From: Candidatus Fermentibacteraceae bacterium
Lineage (GTDB): Bacteria > Fermentibacterota > Fermentibacteria > Fermentibacterales > JCC-6
Direction: 5' to 3'
DNA: 64,000 nt
Assembly: GCA_041750285.1 (NCBI GenBank)
Contig: JBGSZS010000020.1
Span: 1-64,000 of the forward strand
The position numbers were made by a program, and so were the translations under genes. Position 1 is the stretch's first letter. Every line of letters starts with the position of its first letter. The notes under the pieces were generated by a model, which ran no database searches, was not told the origin of the DNA, and saw only the letters and a program-made list of their open reading frames with translations. Below, piece after piece: positions 19,766-29,861 of this stretch.

Positions 19766-20927
19766 GACGGAAAAGTCGCTTCAGGAAGCCGATGACTCCC
19801 TTTTGCGGAAGCCGCCCCTGGGACCCGCCGTCCCCTCTCAGAGCGTCGAGGATCCTTTGGGAGTCTACGTGCCTTTTTACCATCTCAAGGATTGAAGCTA
19901 TCTTGCCACCCTCGTCCGGCTCGATCTTGAACACATGGCCGGAAAGCCTGTCCGCCGAGCCCTGAAGGGATGCCGCCGTGTGGAAGAGGGGAATTCCGGA
20001 AGCCATGCAGGCGGACTGCCTTCTCAGGTCGGGCTCGCCTCCGCAGACCACTACCGCTGAAGGGCGCGCGCCCCCCCCAAGTGCCGATACTATGACGGCG
20101 TCAAGCACTTCGGGTCGCGAGCGGCTCACCAGAAGGGCTCTCCCCTCATCCCTGCCGACCCTCGAAAGGACCTCGTCTGCAGAGTCGAATGCAGTGAGGA
20201 AGCCCGAGCCCTCCGGGCACAGGGGACCTTCCGCTGCGAAGAGGGGAAGGGCTCCTATCTCCCTTGTTATGACCGGGATGGACGGCAGGGCTATGCGCTC
20301 TTCATAGGGGAGGATGCCGAAGACCGGAACCCCTGCAGCGGCGAACCATACCCCCAGCACCGAAGAAACCGAATCGTATTTTTCCTGTTTCACCCGGTTG
20401 ATCACGACACCGAGCACGGGAACTCCGTGGTTCTTGAACAGGGCCCGGCAGAGGCAGAAGCTGTCGATGGTGCTTCCCACTCCCCCCTCCAGGACCAGAA
20501 TGACCGGGATTCCCAGAAGGGACGCCACCTTTGCGTTCCCGAGATCGAAGACCGAACCGACGCCTGGATGGCCGGTACCCTCCACAAGGACCAGACCGCT
20601 GTTCCTGCAGTGTTCCCTGTAGGCGTTCTTCACTGCGCCATGGATCCCCCTGGGTTCCCCGGTTTCAACGTACCTTTCCGCGGCGCCCCGAGATGCAAGC
20701 AACGGCGTGGACTCGCCCCGGATGCCGGGAAGTCCCAGCGCCCTCGATATGAACCATGAATCCTGCCCGACAGATTCTCCGTCAACTACGGTTATCTTCT
20801 GGCCCAGAGGCTTGAAGAATGATACACCGCCCGGAACCATGGGATTCAGGGCCCCGGAGAGACCCAGACAGAGGGTTGTCTTGCCCGCATCCTTGCATGA
20901 GCCGGCGATGTATACGCCTTGGGTCAC
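19758..20927 (-). CDS. BioD-like / phosphotransacetylase N-terminal (AAA_26, degenerate DRTGG) family protein
   Basis: DAGKTT, FFKPLGQ, LVEGTGHPGVGSVFDL.NA, GGVGSTID, GVVINRV; no PTA catalytic domain. Confidence 0.8.
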   Translation of the reverse strand: MTQGVYIAGSCKDAGKTTLCLGLSGALNPMVPGGVSFFKPLGQKITVVDGESVGQDSWFISRALGLPGIRGESTPLLASRGAAERYVETGEPRGIHGAVKNAYREHCRNSGLVLVEGTGHPGVGSVFDLGNAKVASLLGIPVILVLEGGVGSTIDSFCLCRALFKNHGVPVLGVVINRVKQEKYDSVSSVLGVWFAAAGVPVFGILPYEERIALPSIPVITREIGALPLFAAEGPLCPEGSGFLTAFDSADEVLSRVGRDEGRALLVSRSRPEVLDAVIVSALGGGARPSAVVVCGGEPDLRRQSACMASGIPLFHTAASLQGSADRLSGHVFKIEPDEGGKIASILEMVKRHVDSQRILDALRGDGGSQGRLPQKGVIGFLKRLFRRG

Positions 20928-22330
20928 GTTTCATCTCCGGCAGGAGGGGAGGCCATGGGTTCCGATGAGGGAACCGGAAGGGGAGCGCCGCTGAGCATCG
21001 CCCAGGATGCCTCGAGAACGGGAAGCTGGCGGACGAATGCCTGCAGGTCCTCGCCCTCGAGAGGATCCGACGGGGGGACGATCTCCTCGGCTGGATTCAC
21101 ATGGGTGCCGTTCCGCAGCATCTCGAAGTGAACGTGGGGGCCGGTGGAGAGTCCCGTGGATCCCACGTAGCCAATGATCTCACCCTGGCGGACGTGGGTT
21201 CCCACGGCCTGCCCGGATGCGTATCCGTTGAGGTGACCGTAAGCGGTTTCGTAGCCGTTGGCGTGCCTTATCCTGACGAAATTCCCGTACCCGCCCTGCC
21301 ACTGCCTGACCGTGATGACGCCGTCACCCACCGCGTAGATCTCGGTTCCCAGCGGGGCAGCGTAATCCACTCCCCTGTGGGCCCTTGTGTACCCGAGAAC
21401 CGGATGAAGCCTTGCGCTCGAGAAGGGCGAACTCACCCTTCCGTACGGAACGGGCATCTTCAGGAACATGGTCCGGAGCGAGGCGCCGTCGCGGTGAAAA
21501 TGGTCGAGGTAGGATCCGGTCGAGCCCTCGGGGCAACGGTAGAACGGCAGGGCTTCGGCAAGTCCGCCGCCGGCGAAGCTGTACTTTGCCCCAAGTATTC
21601 TCAGGAAACCCGACTCACCGTCCTCGGGGTACCTGGTCTCCTCGATCAGTATCCAGAGGCTGTCGCCGACCCTCACATCGTAGTAGAAGTCGATGTCGTA
21701 GCAGAAAAGCCGGTCGGTGAGTTCGTGCTGGAGTTCGGAGATGTAACCGACAGCCCTTGATGAGTCGCGTGGACTGAGAAGCATCCCTGTTGGTGTGAGG
21801 TCGGGCGGGATGGCCGAATCCCAGAGGGCTCCCCAGACAGTTGTCGTCACGCGGCAGGTCACCGCTCTTGTCCTTACCCAGCTCTCCTGCGGGGAATACT
21901 CCCAGAGGCTTGGCGAATCGCCCGTCCAGCAGATCCGGAAAAACCCCCTCCTGTTGCGGGGATATGCCCTGAGTTCTGCCAGACGCCCCCTGTGGTAGAC
22001 CGCGATGATCGTGTCGCCGGCCTGTTGAACGTTCCAGCCCAGGCTGTCGATAAGGAGCTCGCAAGCCCCCGAGAAAGCGTTTCCCGAGAGGCCGGCTTCA
22101 CGCAGGGCGCCGCCGAGAAAGCCGTCGCCGATGACACCGATGCAGGTATCGATCGTGTCGGCCATCACATGAAGCACGTGCGTCCTTGTGTTTCCGATCG
22201 CGGCGATGTCATCGTGAAAGGGCCAGGACGCACCGCCGCCCCCGCTTCTTCCCTGGATGGAAAGGCCGGTCACAAGGCCCGCGATGACAATGATCCCAAC
22301 CGCCGCGAAGTTTCTCCTGCTTCTCAGCAA
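20924..22330 (-). CDS. M23 family peptidoglycan DD-endopeptidase (MepM-like)
   Basis: N-terminal TM; RVSSPF..RLHPVLG..RAHRGVDYAA, YGHL, GSTGLSTGPHVHFE. Confidence 0.92.
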   Translation of the reverse strand: MLRSRRNFAAVGIIVIAGLVTGLSIQGRSGGGGASWPFHDDIAAIGNTRTHVLHVMADTIDTCIGVIGDGFLGGALREAGLSGNAFSGACELLIDSLGWNVQQAGDTIIAVYHRGRLAELRAYPRNRRGFFRICWTGDSPSLWEYSPQESWVRTRAVTCRVTTTVWGALWDSAIPPDLTPTGMLLSPRDSSRAVGYISELQHELTDRLFCYDIDFYYDVRVGDSLWILIEETRYPEDGESGFLRILGAKYSFAGGGLAEALPFYRCPEGSTGSYLDHFHRDGASLRTMFLKMPVPYGRVSSPFSSARLHPVLGYTRAHRGVDYAAPLGTEIYAVGDGVITVRQWQGGYGNFVRIRHANGYETAYGHLNGYASGQAVGTHVRQGEIIGYVGSTGLSTGPHVHFEMLRNGTHVNPAEEIVPPSDPLEGEDLQAFVRQLPVLEASWAMLSGAPLPVPSSEPMASPPAGDET

Positions 22331-22347
22331 ATCTATGGTACCTTCCG

Positions 22348-22968
22348 TCAGCTTCCGCCGGAGAAGAGCCTCTCGCCGTAGTCACCCATCCCGGGTCGTA
22401 TGAACCAGTTCTCATCCAGTTCCCTGTCCACGTTCGCGGTGATCAGGGTCAGTTCCGGGAACTGCCTCAGGTTCGCTATGCCTTCCGGAGCAGCGACTAC
22501 GGTGACGAGGATTATGGATTCCGCCCTTCTTTCCATCAGGTAGCCCACAACGGAAGCAGCGGTTCCACCGGTTGCCAGCATGGGGTCGAGAACGATGACG
22601 GTCCTGCCCGAAAGGTTCGGTATGCACTGGTATTGCCATTGGGCCACGCCTGTGTCCTCATCCCTTCGCAGCCCGACGAAGGCAACGGGAGAATCGGGCA
22701 GGATGTCCATGAAGGGCTGCAGGAGGCCAAGGCCTGCCCTGAGAACGGGAAGCAGCACCGGAGGGCGCTTCAGTACCTCTCCGAACGTGGTTTCCAGCGG
22801 GGTTTCAACCTCGACGGGCGTTGTGGGGAGGTTCCGCGTGGCCTCGACCGCCAGAAGGCAGCCCAGACGCTGGGTGTACGCCCTGAAGCGTGAAGGCGGG
22901 AAATCCTTGCAGCGCAGCCTTGTCACCAGGTCACGGGCAATTGGGTGCTCGAATTCGATCAGATCCAT
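22348..22968 (-). CDS. upp: Uracil phosphoribosyltransferase
   Basis: VETPL, PVLRAGLG, GLRRDE, LDPMLATGGT, IRPGMGDYGERLF. Confidence 0.96.
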   Translation of the reverse strand: MDLIEFEHPIARDLVTRLRCKDFPPSRFRAYTQRLGCLLAVEATRNLPTTPVEVETPLETTFGEVLKRPPVLLPVLRAGLGLLQPFMDILPDSPVAFVGLRRDEDTGVAQWQYQCIPNLSGRTVIVLDPMLATGGTAASVVGYLMERRAESIILVTVVAAPEGIANLRQFPELTLITANVDRELDENWFIRPGMGDYGERLFSGGS

Positions 22969-22996
22969 GGAATGCGCCTTTCATACGATTTGTTTG

Positions 22997-23025
22997 TTGA
23001 CAAGATACTCTGAACTGCTTACTGT
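22997..23025 (+). promoter_or_regulatory. Putative sigma-70 promoter of tyrS
   Basis: TTGACA (22997-23002), 17 bp, TACTGT (23020-23025). Confidence 0.65.
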
Positions 23026-23061
23026 CGCCAGATGCGGAAACGAACCTCGAAGGATGGATCA

Positions 23062-24288
23062 ATGGAACTGCTTGCCGCTCTCAGTGAACGGGGCCTCGTG
23101 TACCAGATGACGGGAAGCGGCGGGTTGTCGGCGTTTCTCGCGCAGGAACCCCGGGTTTTCTACGCCGGTTTCGACGCCACGGCGGACAGCCTCCATCTGG
23201 GCCATCTCGTGCCCCTGATGGCCGCAGCCCACCTTCAGAAAGCCGGGCACAAACCCCTCGTCCTGGTCGGGGGGGCAACAGCCCTCGTGGGGGATCCGTC
23301 TGGCAGATGCTCTGAAAGGTCGCTGCTTGCGGTGGACGAGGTTGAACGGAATGTCGCCGCACTCAGGGAACAGGTTTCGAGATTTCTTGATTTCGGGCCC
23401 GGCGGCGCCGAGATACTCAACAACGCGCAGTGGCTGATGGACCTCAACTACATCGAGTTCCTTCGCGACATCGGAAAGCACTTCAGCGTGAACAGGATGC
23501 TCACTGCCGACAGTGTAAGGACGAGGCTTGAAACCGGCCTGAGCTTCCTGGAGTTCAACTACATGCTACTGCAGAGCTACGACTTCCTTCACCTTTTCCG
23601 CACAAGGGGCTGCCTTCTCCAGCTCGGGGGCGCCGACCAGTGGGGCAACATCGTCGCCGGAGTCGACCTCGTGCGCAGAATGGCAGGTGTGGAGGTGCAC
23701 GGCTTCACCGTTCCCCTTGTCACGACATCCACCGGTGAGAAGATGAGCAAGTCCCAGCCAGGCGGGGCGGTCTGGCTCGATCCCGAAAAAACCTCTCCCT
23801 ACGACTACTACCAGTTCTGGATAAACACCGACGACAGGGACCTTGGCAGGTTCCTCAGGCTCTACACGTTCCTTCCAATGGAACAGGTGCGCGACCTCGA
23901 GTCTGAAACCGGAGCCAACCTCAGGGCCGGCAAGGAGACTCTCGCCTTCGAGGCAACGGCCATCGCCCACGGTCCGGATGAGGCGAAAGCGGCTCAAAAC
24001 GCAAGCAGGGCATTGTTCCAGGGCGCAGGCAACACGGACGACGTTCCCACGTTCCCTGTCCCGCGCGACGCAGTCACCCGGGGCATCACACTGCTCGAAC
24101 TCGTCGTGATGGCCGGACTTGCCCCGTCACGGGGCGAGGTCAGAAGGCTGTCCGAGCAGGGTGGGCTCTACGCTGACGGAGAAAGGGTCACGGACGTTCT
24201 GAAACCCGTGACCCTTGAAGACTTTCCGGAAGGTGGCATTCTTCTCCGGATTGGAAAGAAAAAGTACTGCCGGATCGTTGCCGGCTGA
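23062..24288 (+). CDS. tyrS: Tyrosine--tRNA ligase
   Basis: YAGFDATADSLHLGH, GDPSG, QLGGADQWGNI, KMSKS, C-terminal S4 domain; alternative in-frame ATG at 23032. Confidence 0.97.
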   Translation: MELLAALSERGLVYQMTGSGGLSAFLAQEPRVFYAGFDATADSLHLGHLVPLMAAAHLQKAGHKPLVLVGGATALVGDPSGRCSERSLLAVDEVERNVAALREQVSRFLDFGPGGAEILNNAQWLMDLNYIEFLRDIGKHFSVNRMLTADSVRTRLETGLSFLEFNYMLLQSYDFLHLFRTRGCLLQLGGADQWGNIVAGVDLVRRMAGVEVHGFTVPLVTTSTGEKMSKSQPGGAVWLDPEKTSPYDYYQFWINTDDRDLGRFLRLYTFLPMEQVRDLESETGANLRAGKETLAFEATAIAHGPDEAKAAQNASRALFQGAGNTDDVPTFPVPRDAVTRGITLLELVVMAGLAPSRGEVRRLSEQGGLYADGERVTDVLKPVTLEDFPEGGILLRIGKKKYCRIVAG

Positions 24289-24302
24289 CGTTCAGCCCCC
24301 GT

Positions 24303-24791
24303 CTACCTGCCGCCCGAACTGCCTCCGGTGCTTCCGCCCCGTCCGCCGTCTGGGGTGGTGCCCCGTCCGGTGGAACCCGAAGAGCCTGAGCTGCCGCCCG
24401 AGGGTCTGTTCTCCAGGGCTGTCACCCTTGTTGACAGAGCGGTCAGACGACCCTCCAGATCTTCGATGACCCCGGTGAGGCTGTCGATCCTGGCCTGGCC
24501 GTCCTGCACCAGGCCGGAAACCTCGGCCTTCACTGAATCCACTCTCGCGGTAACGCCCTGGAACATCTCATCCATGTCGGGGAACTGGAACTCGCCGGTT
24601 TCAGGGAACTGAAGCCCCTGCAGCTGATCCTCCATCTCCTCGAGGCGTTCAGTCAGCTCTTCTCCGGTTTCGGACAGGTCGCTGACCTGGCTGGAGACCG
24701 TGTTGACCTTCTCCTCGACTTCCTTAACCCCCGGTACCTGGCAGGCTGCAAGGGCAAGAACCATCAGGGCCGGTGCGACAAAACGATTCAT
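24303..24791 (-). CDS. Hypothetical coiled-coil lipoprotein with Gly/Ser-rich tail
   Basis: Lipobox LAAC, heptad-patterned acidic helix, GGSSGSSG tail; ATG overlaps amrA stop. Confidence 0.7.
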   Translation of the reverse strand: MNRFVAPALMVLALAACQVPGVKEVEEKVNTVSSQVSDLSETGEELTERLEEMEDQLQGLQFPETGEFQFPDMDEMFQGVTARVDSVKAEVSGLVQDGQARIDSLTGVIEDLEGRLTALSTRVTALENRPSGGSSGSSGSTGRGTTPDGGRGGSTGGSSGGR

Positions 24792-25339
24792 TGGTTCCTC
24801 TCTTCCATTTCGGGGAAAACCTCTGCCGTATATACAAGAATCTCTGTGTCGCCGTACTTCCATGCGTCAGGCGGAAGCCCCGCCTTCAGACACGAATGCG
24901 AAAGAAGGGTTTCACGGTCCCAGCCTTCCTCGGTGGCTACCTGCGGCAGAAGTGTTCCCGCCCGTCGTCCCCTTCTCACGTAGACGCCGTGCACCCCGGG
25001 AATGACCTCGGAAGGAAGCGCCGGCCTCATTTCGGAGAGCACGGATATCTGGATCGCAAGGGAAGCGGTTTCGGAGGGGGTCACCGGCCTGAAGCGGGGA
25101 TCACCGGTGGCTGCAGCCCCGGCCATGGCCACTATCGTTGCGCCGAGGGATCCCGTTCCCTTGAAACTGCCGATACACCCCCTCAATCTCCCGTTCTTCT
25201 TCAGTGTGACGAATGCACCACACTTCAGCCCGAACACCCCATCACTTCCGGGAACCGGCGGGACACCGCCGGAAGCTGCGCTTTCAACGGCGTGTCGGGC
25301 AAGGTCGAGGAGAAGGTTGCGTTCGGCAGGGTTCAGCAA
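24788..25339 (-). CDS. amrA: AmmeMemoRadiSam system protein A (AMMECR1 family)
   Basis: GAFVTL...GRLRGCIG, DPRF, ISVLS, LLPQVA.E.GW, CLKAG. Confidence 0.93.
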   Translation of the reverse strand: MLNPAERNLLLDLARHAVESAASGGVPPVPGSDGVFGLKCGAFVTLKKNGRLRGCIGSFKGTGSLGATIVAMAGAAATGDPRFRPVTPSETASLAIQISVLSEMRPALPSEVIPGVHGVYVRRGRRAGTLLPQVATEEGWDRETLLSHSCLKAGLPPDAWKYGDTEILVYTAEVFPEMEERNQ

Positions 25340-25340
25340 C

Positions 25341-26132
25341 TCAAGGCTCCCTGATGATCATGCCCGAGAAATAGCCCACGACCTGCCTTTCACCGGCACC
25401 GGCATCGGCAGATGTGGAATAATCGATCTCGACGGCCCTGTTTCCCCCCGCCAGCGCTGCGAAGTGCAGCAGTGTGATCATGGCCGCCCTTCCGCACGCC
25501 TCTCCCCCCCTTGAAAGGGCTTCCATCAGCGCATCGGGGGATAGGGTGAGGAACGCCCCGCGCACAATGGAATCGAGCTTCATGGCTGCTGCGAGACTGT
25601 GGTAGTGCGAGAGGTCGCTGCTTGCCACGAAAAAGGCGTCGGGAGCCTCTTCGAAAAGGGCCGATGCCAGGTCGGAAAGGAAGGAGGGGTCATCGGAGAT
25701 TGTCACCACGGGAATGACTGAGGCACCGGGCCAGATGGCGAGGATGAAAGGAAGCTGCACCTCGATGCTGTGCTCGGCTATCACCGCGGCACCGAGGCCC
25801 CGTTTTCTGAGCCCGGTGAATGCCTGGCGGTCGACCCTTGCATTTCCGAGAGGCGTTCCGAGCCCGGCCGCGTCAATCAGAACGGCGCCATGGACGAAAG
25901 CCCTGTGGCTTGGGGCGCACAGCACCACCCGGGAAACGTCGCGGGGAGCCCTTGCGTATGCCTTGCCCGCGGTCTTGCCGGAATAGACCATGCCGGCGTG
26001 GGGAACAACCATTCCCACCGCACCGGGCAGCGGCCGGACAGGTGCGGTCAGTCTGCCGACAAGTGCTGACAACAGGTCGGGGTCGGATGGATAGAAACTT
26101 CCGGCAAATGAAGGCTCAAGAACCGTGTCCAA
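25341..26132 (-). CDS. amrB: AmmeMemoRadiSam system protein B (MEMO family)
   Basis: AGSFYP, VPHAG..YSG, PSH, TPLG, EHSIEVQLPF, ASSDLSHY, EACG, VVGY; TTG 26132. Confidence 0.93.
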   Translation of the reverse strand: MDTVLEPSFAGSFYPSDPDLLSALVGRLTAPVRPLPGAVGMVVPHAGMVYSGKTAGKAYARAPRDVSRVVLCAPSHRAFVHGAVLIDAAGLGTPLGNARVDRQAFTGLRKRGLGAAVIAEHSIEVQLPFILAIWPGASVIPVVTISDDPSFLSDLASALFEEAPDAFFVASSDLSHYHSLAAAMKLDSIVRGAFLTLSPDALMEALSRGGEACGRAAMITLLHFAALAGGNRAVEIDYSTSADAGAGERQVVGYFSGMIIREP

Positions 26133-26820
26133 ACATGTCCTCCATCCCGTAAAGCCCCGGGGGCATGCCGGCGATGAACCCTGCCGCCCTGAGGGCGCCG
26201 AGGGCAAGAACACGCCTGTCGGTGGTCATGTGGGTGAGACAGAGCCTTTCGCCCTGGCCAAGCAGATGGACCTGATGCTCACCATAAACATCGCCTCCCC
26301 TGAGGGAGTGAACACCGATCTCGTCGGCGGACCGAACGCCCGTGTTCCCACGCCTTCCGTACACCACGTTCCCTGTGGAACCCTCGACAAGGGTCATGGC
26401 GGTGCCGCTGGGGCTGTCGACCTTGTTCCTGTGATGGATCTCGACCAGCTCGACATCGAAGCCTTCACCCAGCATTGCCCGGGCCTGCCTTGCAAGGCGG
26501 TTGAGAACGAAAACCCCCGTGCTCATGTTGGAGCTGTAAAATACCGGTCTCTCCCGGGACCAGCGCTCGAGCATGCCCCTGCAGGCTTCGTCCAGCCCCG
26601 TGGTGCCGCTGACCAGCGCCGCCGCCGAACCCGACACTGCCCGATCGAGGTCACTCCAGGCGGAAGGAGAGCTGAAATCGAAGATAACATCCGTTCCCGC
26701 GGGAACGGCCATTCTGGAACCGAGGTCGATGGATGCGGTGAGTTCAAAGGAGAGGTTGCCGGCTTCCCTGATGACCGAACTCCCCATTCTTCCCATGGCT
26801 CCGAAAACGGCATACCTCAT
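26116..26820 (-). CDS. dapB: 4-hydroxy-tetrahydrodipicolinate reductase
   Basis: GAMGRMG, DFSSP, GTTG, SNMSTG, EIHHRNKVDSPSGTA, LRGG.V.GEH. Confidence 0.95.
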   Translation of the reverse strand: MRYAVFGAMGRMGSSVIREAGNLSFELTASIDLGSRMAVPAGTDVIFDFSSPSAWSDLDRAVSGSAAALVSGTTGLDEACRGMLERWSRERPVFYSSNMSTGVFVLNRLARQARAMLGEGFDVELVEIHHRNKVDSPSGTAMTLVEGSTGNVVYGRRGNTGVRSADEIGVHSLRGGDVYGEHQVHLLGQGERLCLTHMTTDRRVLALGALRAAGFIAGMPPGLYGMEDMFGHGS

Positions 26821-27692
26821 TCGATCGCTCCGGCCCCTTTCATGGCAGACCTGAGTATCCCGATGCAGGTCTGCCCCGCGGAAACCAGGGGAAGCCTTGG
26901 TGCGGGGTCGGGGAAGATGCCGAGCATGTGCAGTGCCATCTTGACCGGTCCCGGGTTGGTCTCTGTGAAAAGCGCCCTGAACAGGGGAAAAAGCCTTTCG
27001 TGAATCCTTCTTGCAACTTCGACGCTGCCTGCAAGCCCCTGGCGGATCATCTCACTCATTGCTGCGGGAACCACGTTGGATGTGACCGAGACAACTCCGT
27101 CCGATCCCATGAATGCCTGGGAAAGGGCAAGGTGGTCATCGCCCGAGAAGAGCCCAATGCGGCATGCACGGCGTATCTCGGTGATCCTTTCGACACTTCC
27201 GGCGGCATCCTTCAGGGCTTTGATGTTCCCGTGCGCGGCAAGCCCGGCTATCGTATCCACCGTCATGCAGGTGCCGGTCCTGCCCGGCACGTTGTAGATC
27301 ATCACGGGCACCTCCGAGGCGTCGGCGACCGCGTTGAAATGCGCGATCTGGCCCGCAGGGGTGGGCTTGTTGTAGTACGGCGTGATGACAAGGACCCCGT
27401 CAATGCCTGTCTTGACGGCCTCCCGCGTGAACCTCATGGTGGATTCGGTGCAGTTGGTGCCCGTTCCGCCAAGGACCGGCACGGCTCCCGCGGCCTGATC
27501 CACGACCGTCTGCATCACCAGCAGCCTCTCGGACTCGCTCATGGTGGCCGGCTCACCCGTGCAGCCGCACGCCAGAAGTCCCTCGACGCCGCTTTCGATC
27601 TGAAAGTCGACAAGACGGCGCAGGGCCCCCGTGTCGGGGGCCCCGCCGGTGAACGGGGTCGCAAGGGCCGTAACGGTGCCCCGAAGGTTCAC
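26817..27692 (-). CDS. dapA: 4-hydroxy-tetrahydrodipicolinate synthase
   Basis: [43 protein letters not shown]. Confidence 0.95.
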   Translation of the reverse strand: MNLRGTVTALATPFTGGAPDTGALRRLVDFQIESGVEGLLACGCTGEPATMSESERLLVMQTVVDQAAGAVPVLGGTGTNCTESTMRFTREAVKTGIDGVLVITPYYNKPTPAGQIAHFNAVADASEVPVMIYNVPGRTGTCMTVDTIAGLAAHGNIKALKDAAGSVERITEIRRACRIGLFSGDDHLALSQAFMGSDGVVSVTSNVVPAAMSEMIRQGLAGSVEVARRIHERLFPLFRALFTETNPGPVKMALHMLGIFPDPAPRLPLVSAGQTCIGILRSAMKGAGAIE

Positions 27693-28447
27693 TGCTTGTC
27701 CCTCTTCGCTATCATGTCCATGAATGGCTTCATGAGTTCGATGGGGATGGGGAACGCGATGGTGGAGTTGTTCTCAACCGCGATCTCGCCAAGGGTCTGC
27801 AGGTATCTGAGCTGAAGGGCCACAGGATGGTTTTCGATCACCATTGCCGCTTCACTGAGCTTCTTCGATGCCTGGAATTCGGCGTCGGCGCGGATGATCT
27901 TGGAACGGCGGTCCCTCTCGGCTTCGGCTTCTTTCGCCATCACCCTCTGCATCTCGACGGGAAGGTCGACATGCTTGACTTCGACAGCTGTGACCTTGAT
28001 ACCCCAGGGGTCGGTGGCACGGTCGAGAATATCCTGCAGTTTCGAGTTGATCTCGTCGCGCTCGGCCAGGAGCTGGTCGAGGGTGGTCTCGCCGAGAACG
28101 CTGCGGAGGGTGGTCTGGGCGAGCTGGTTGGTTGCGTACATGTAGTTGGTGACCTCGAGAACGGCGCGCTTGGGATCCATCACCCTGTAGTAGGCGACTG
28201 CGTTGACCTTAACGCTCACGTTGTCGCGCGTGATGATGTCCTGCGGCGGGACGTCCATGGTTATTATCCTGAGGTCGACCTTTTTGAGCTGATCTATGAC
28301 CGGAAAGACGAATATCAGCCCGGGGCCTTTCAGGCCGATGACCTTGCCAAGGCGGAAGACGACGCCCCGCTGGTACTCCTTGAGCACCCTGAGGGAGATG
28401 AGAAGAAAGAAACCGATTATCCCCAGCGGAATACAGATGACGCCCAT
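27689..28447 (-). CDS. Slipin / SPFH (band 7) membrane protein
   Basis: [51 protein letters not shown]. Confidence 0.93.
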   Translation of the reverse strand: MGVICIPLGIIGFFLLISLRVLKEYQRGVVFRLGKVIGLKGPGLIFVFPVIDQLKKVDLRIITMDVPPQDIITRDNVSVKVNAVAYYRVMDPKRAVLEVTNYMYATNQLAQTTLRSVLGETTLDQLLAERDEINSKLQDILDRATDPWGIKVTAVEVKHVDLPVEMQRVMAKEAEAERDRRSKIIRADAEFQASKKLSEAAMVIENHPVALQLRYLQTLGEIAVENNSTIAFPIPIELMKPFMDMIAKRDKQ

Positions 28448-28449
28448 GT

Positions 28450-28755
28450 TCAGCTTCCTTTCCTGTTGACTGGTTCGACTATGAGAACGGGATCGTCGGG
28501 GTCGTGCGTGACGACCCTCACGTCCTGGCCGGGGGAAAGCTGCGATTCCGACCTGCACCACCACAACTCGCCCCGGACCTCGATGACATGCCTGCCCCTG
28601 AAGCCCACATGCCTTTTCACCACGCCCGTTTCCCCCGCCATCCCTTCGTATCCCGTCAATCTGGGCCTTTTCTGGGCCTTCAGGCCGACGATGGCGAGGA
28701 AGACGACAATGACAAGGAATGTTGCGAGCATGAGCACCAGAATCGTGTAACTCAT
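28450..28755 (-). CDS. Short NfeD-like (C-terminal OB-fold) protein, slipin partner
   Basis: One [20 protein letters not shown], adjacent to SPFH gene. Confidence 0.82.
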   Translation of the reverse strand: MSYTILVLMLATFLVIVVFLAIVGLKAQKRPRLTGYEGMAGETGVVKRHVGFRGRHVIEVRGELWWCRSESQLSPGQDVRVVTHDPDDPVLIVEPVNRKGS

Positions 28756-29861
28756 AAGACCCTCCAATCATCCGAGGATTCGACGCCCTTGATCCTGAGT
28801 ATCAGAGCCGTGGGGTTGGTCGCGGCGGAGAGCGCGGTCTCCTGGTCGATGGCGCCGTCGGTCAGGAGCTGGAAAAGGGCCATGTCGAATGTCTGCATGC
28901 CGTACTGCCTGCCGCTCTGCTCCATGGTCTCGTGGATCAGGTAGAGCTTTTCGGGGTCGGAGATGCAGTCCATTATTGTGGAGGTGTGAAGCATTACCTC
29001 ACAGGCGAGGACCCTCTCTCCGCTGCTGTCGCATCTCGGGAGAAGCCTCTGGCTTATGACGCCCTTCAGAAGGCCTCCGAGCTGGATCCTGACCTGTTTC
29101 TGCTGGTGCGCGGGAAACATGTCGATGATCCGGTTCACCGTTTCGGCGGCATCGGTGGTGTGCAGGGTGCTCATGACCAGGTGACCCGTCTCGGCTCCGG
29201 TCAGGGCTATCAGGGCCGTTTCGGCATCCCTCATCTCACCGATCAGGATGACGTCGGGGTCCTGGCGGAACACCGACCTCAGGGCGTTTGCCCAACCCGC
29301 CGTGTCGATGCCCACCTCCCGCTGACAGACGCTGGAAGCCATGTCGGCATGAAGGAACTCGATGGGGTCCTCGATGGTCACGATGTGCGCCTTGCGGTTC
29401 TCGTTGATGTGTCTGATCATGGCGGCAAGGGTCGTCGATTTCCCGCTGCCCGTTGCGCCGGTGACGAGAACGAGGCCGCGCCTTTCGGTGGCTATCTCCT
29501 TCACCACGGCCGGAAGGCCGAGTTTGTCGATGTCGGGTACGCTGAAGGGGATCTTGCGCATGACGACCGCTGGAGTGCCCCTTTGATGAAAGATGTTCAC
29601 CCTGAATCTTGCCTTGCCCCCAAGGCTGTAGGCGAGATCGATCTCGTTCCCCTCGTTGAGGGAGTTGATCTGTTTCTCACTGGCTATTTCGGAGATTATC
29701 CGGTTGACGTGTTCGGCGGCAAACACCGGAAAGCCTTCGGCGTGGATTATCAGACCGGACTTTCGCACGACGGGGGTTGACCCGGCCTTGAAGTGTATGT
29801 CGCTGACCTGGTCGTCGACCAGTGCTTCAAGAATCTGATCTATCGCCTTTTCCCGACCCAT
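28752..29861 (-). CDS. pilT: PilT/PilU family type IV pilus retraction ATPase
   Basis: [64 protein letters not shown]. Confidence 0.9.
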   Translation of the reverse strand: MGREKAIDQILEALVDDQVSDIHFKAGSTPVVRKSGLIIHAEGFPVFAAEHVNRIISEIASEKQINSLNEGNEIDLAYSLGGKARFRVNIFHQRGTPAVVMRKIPFSVPDIDKLGLPAVVKEIATERRGLVLVTGATGSGKSTTLAAMIRHINENRKAHIVTIEDPIEFLHADMASSVCQREVGIDTAGWANALRSVFRQDPDVILIGEMRDAETALIALTGAETGHLVMSTLHTTDAAETVNRIIDMFPAHQQKQVRIQLGGLLKGVISQRLLPRCDSSGERVLACEVMLHTSTIMDCISDPEKLYLIHETMEQSGRQYGMQTFDMALFQLLTDGAIDQETALSAATNPTALILRIKGVESSDDWRVL

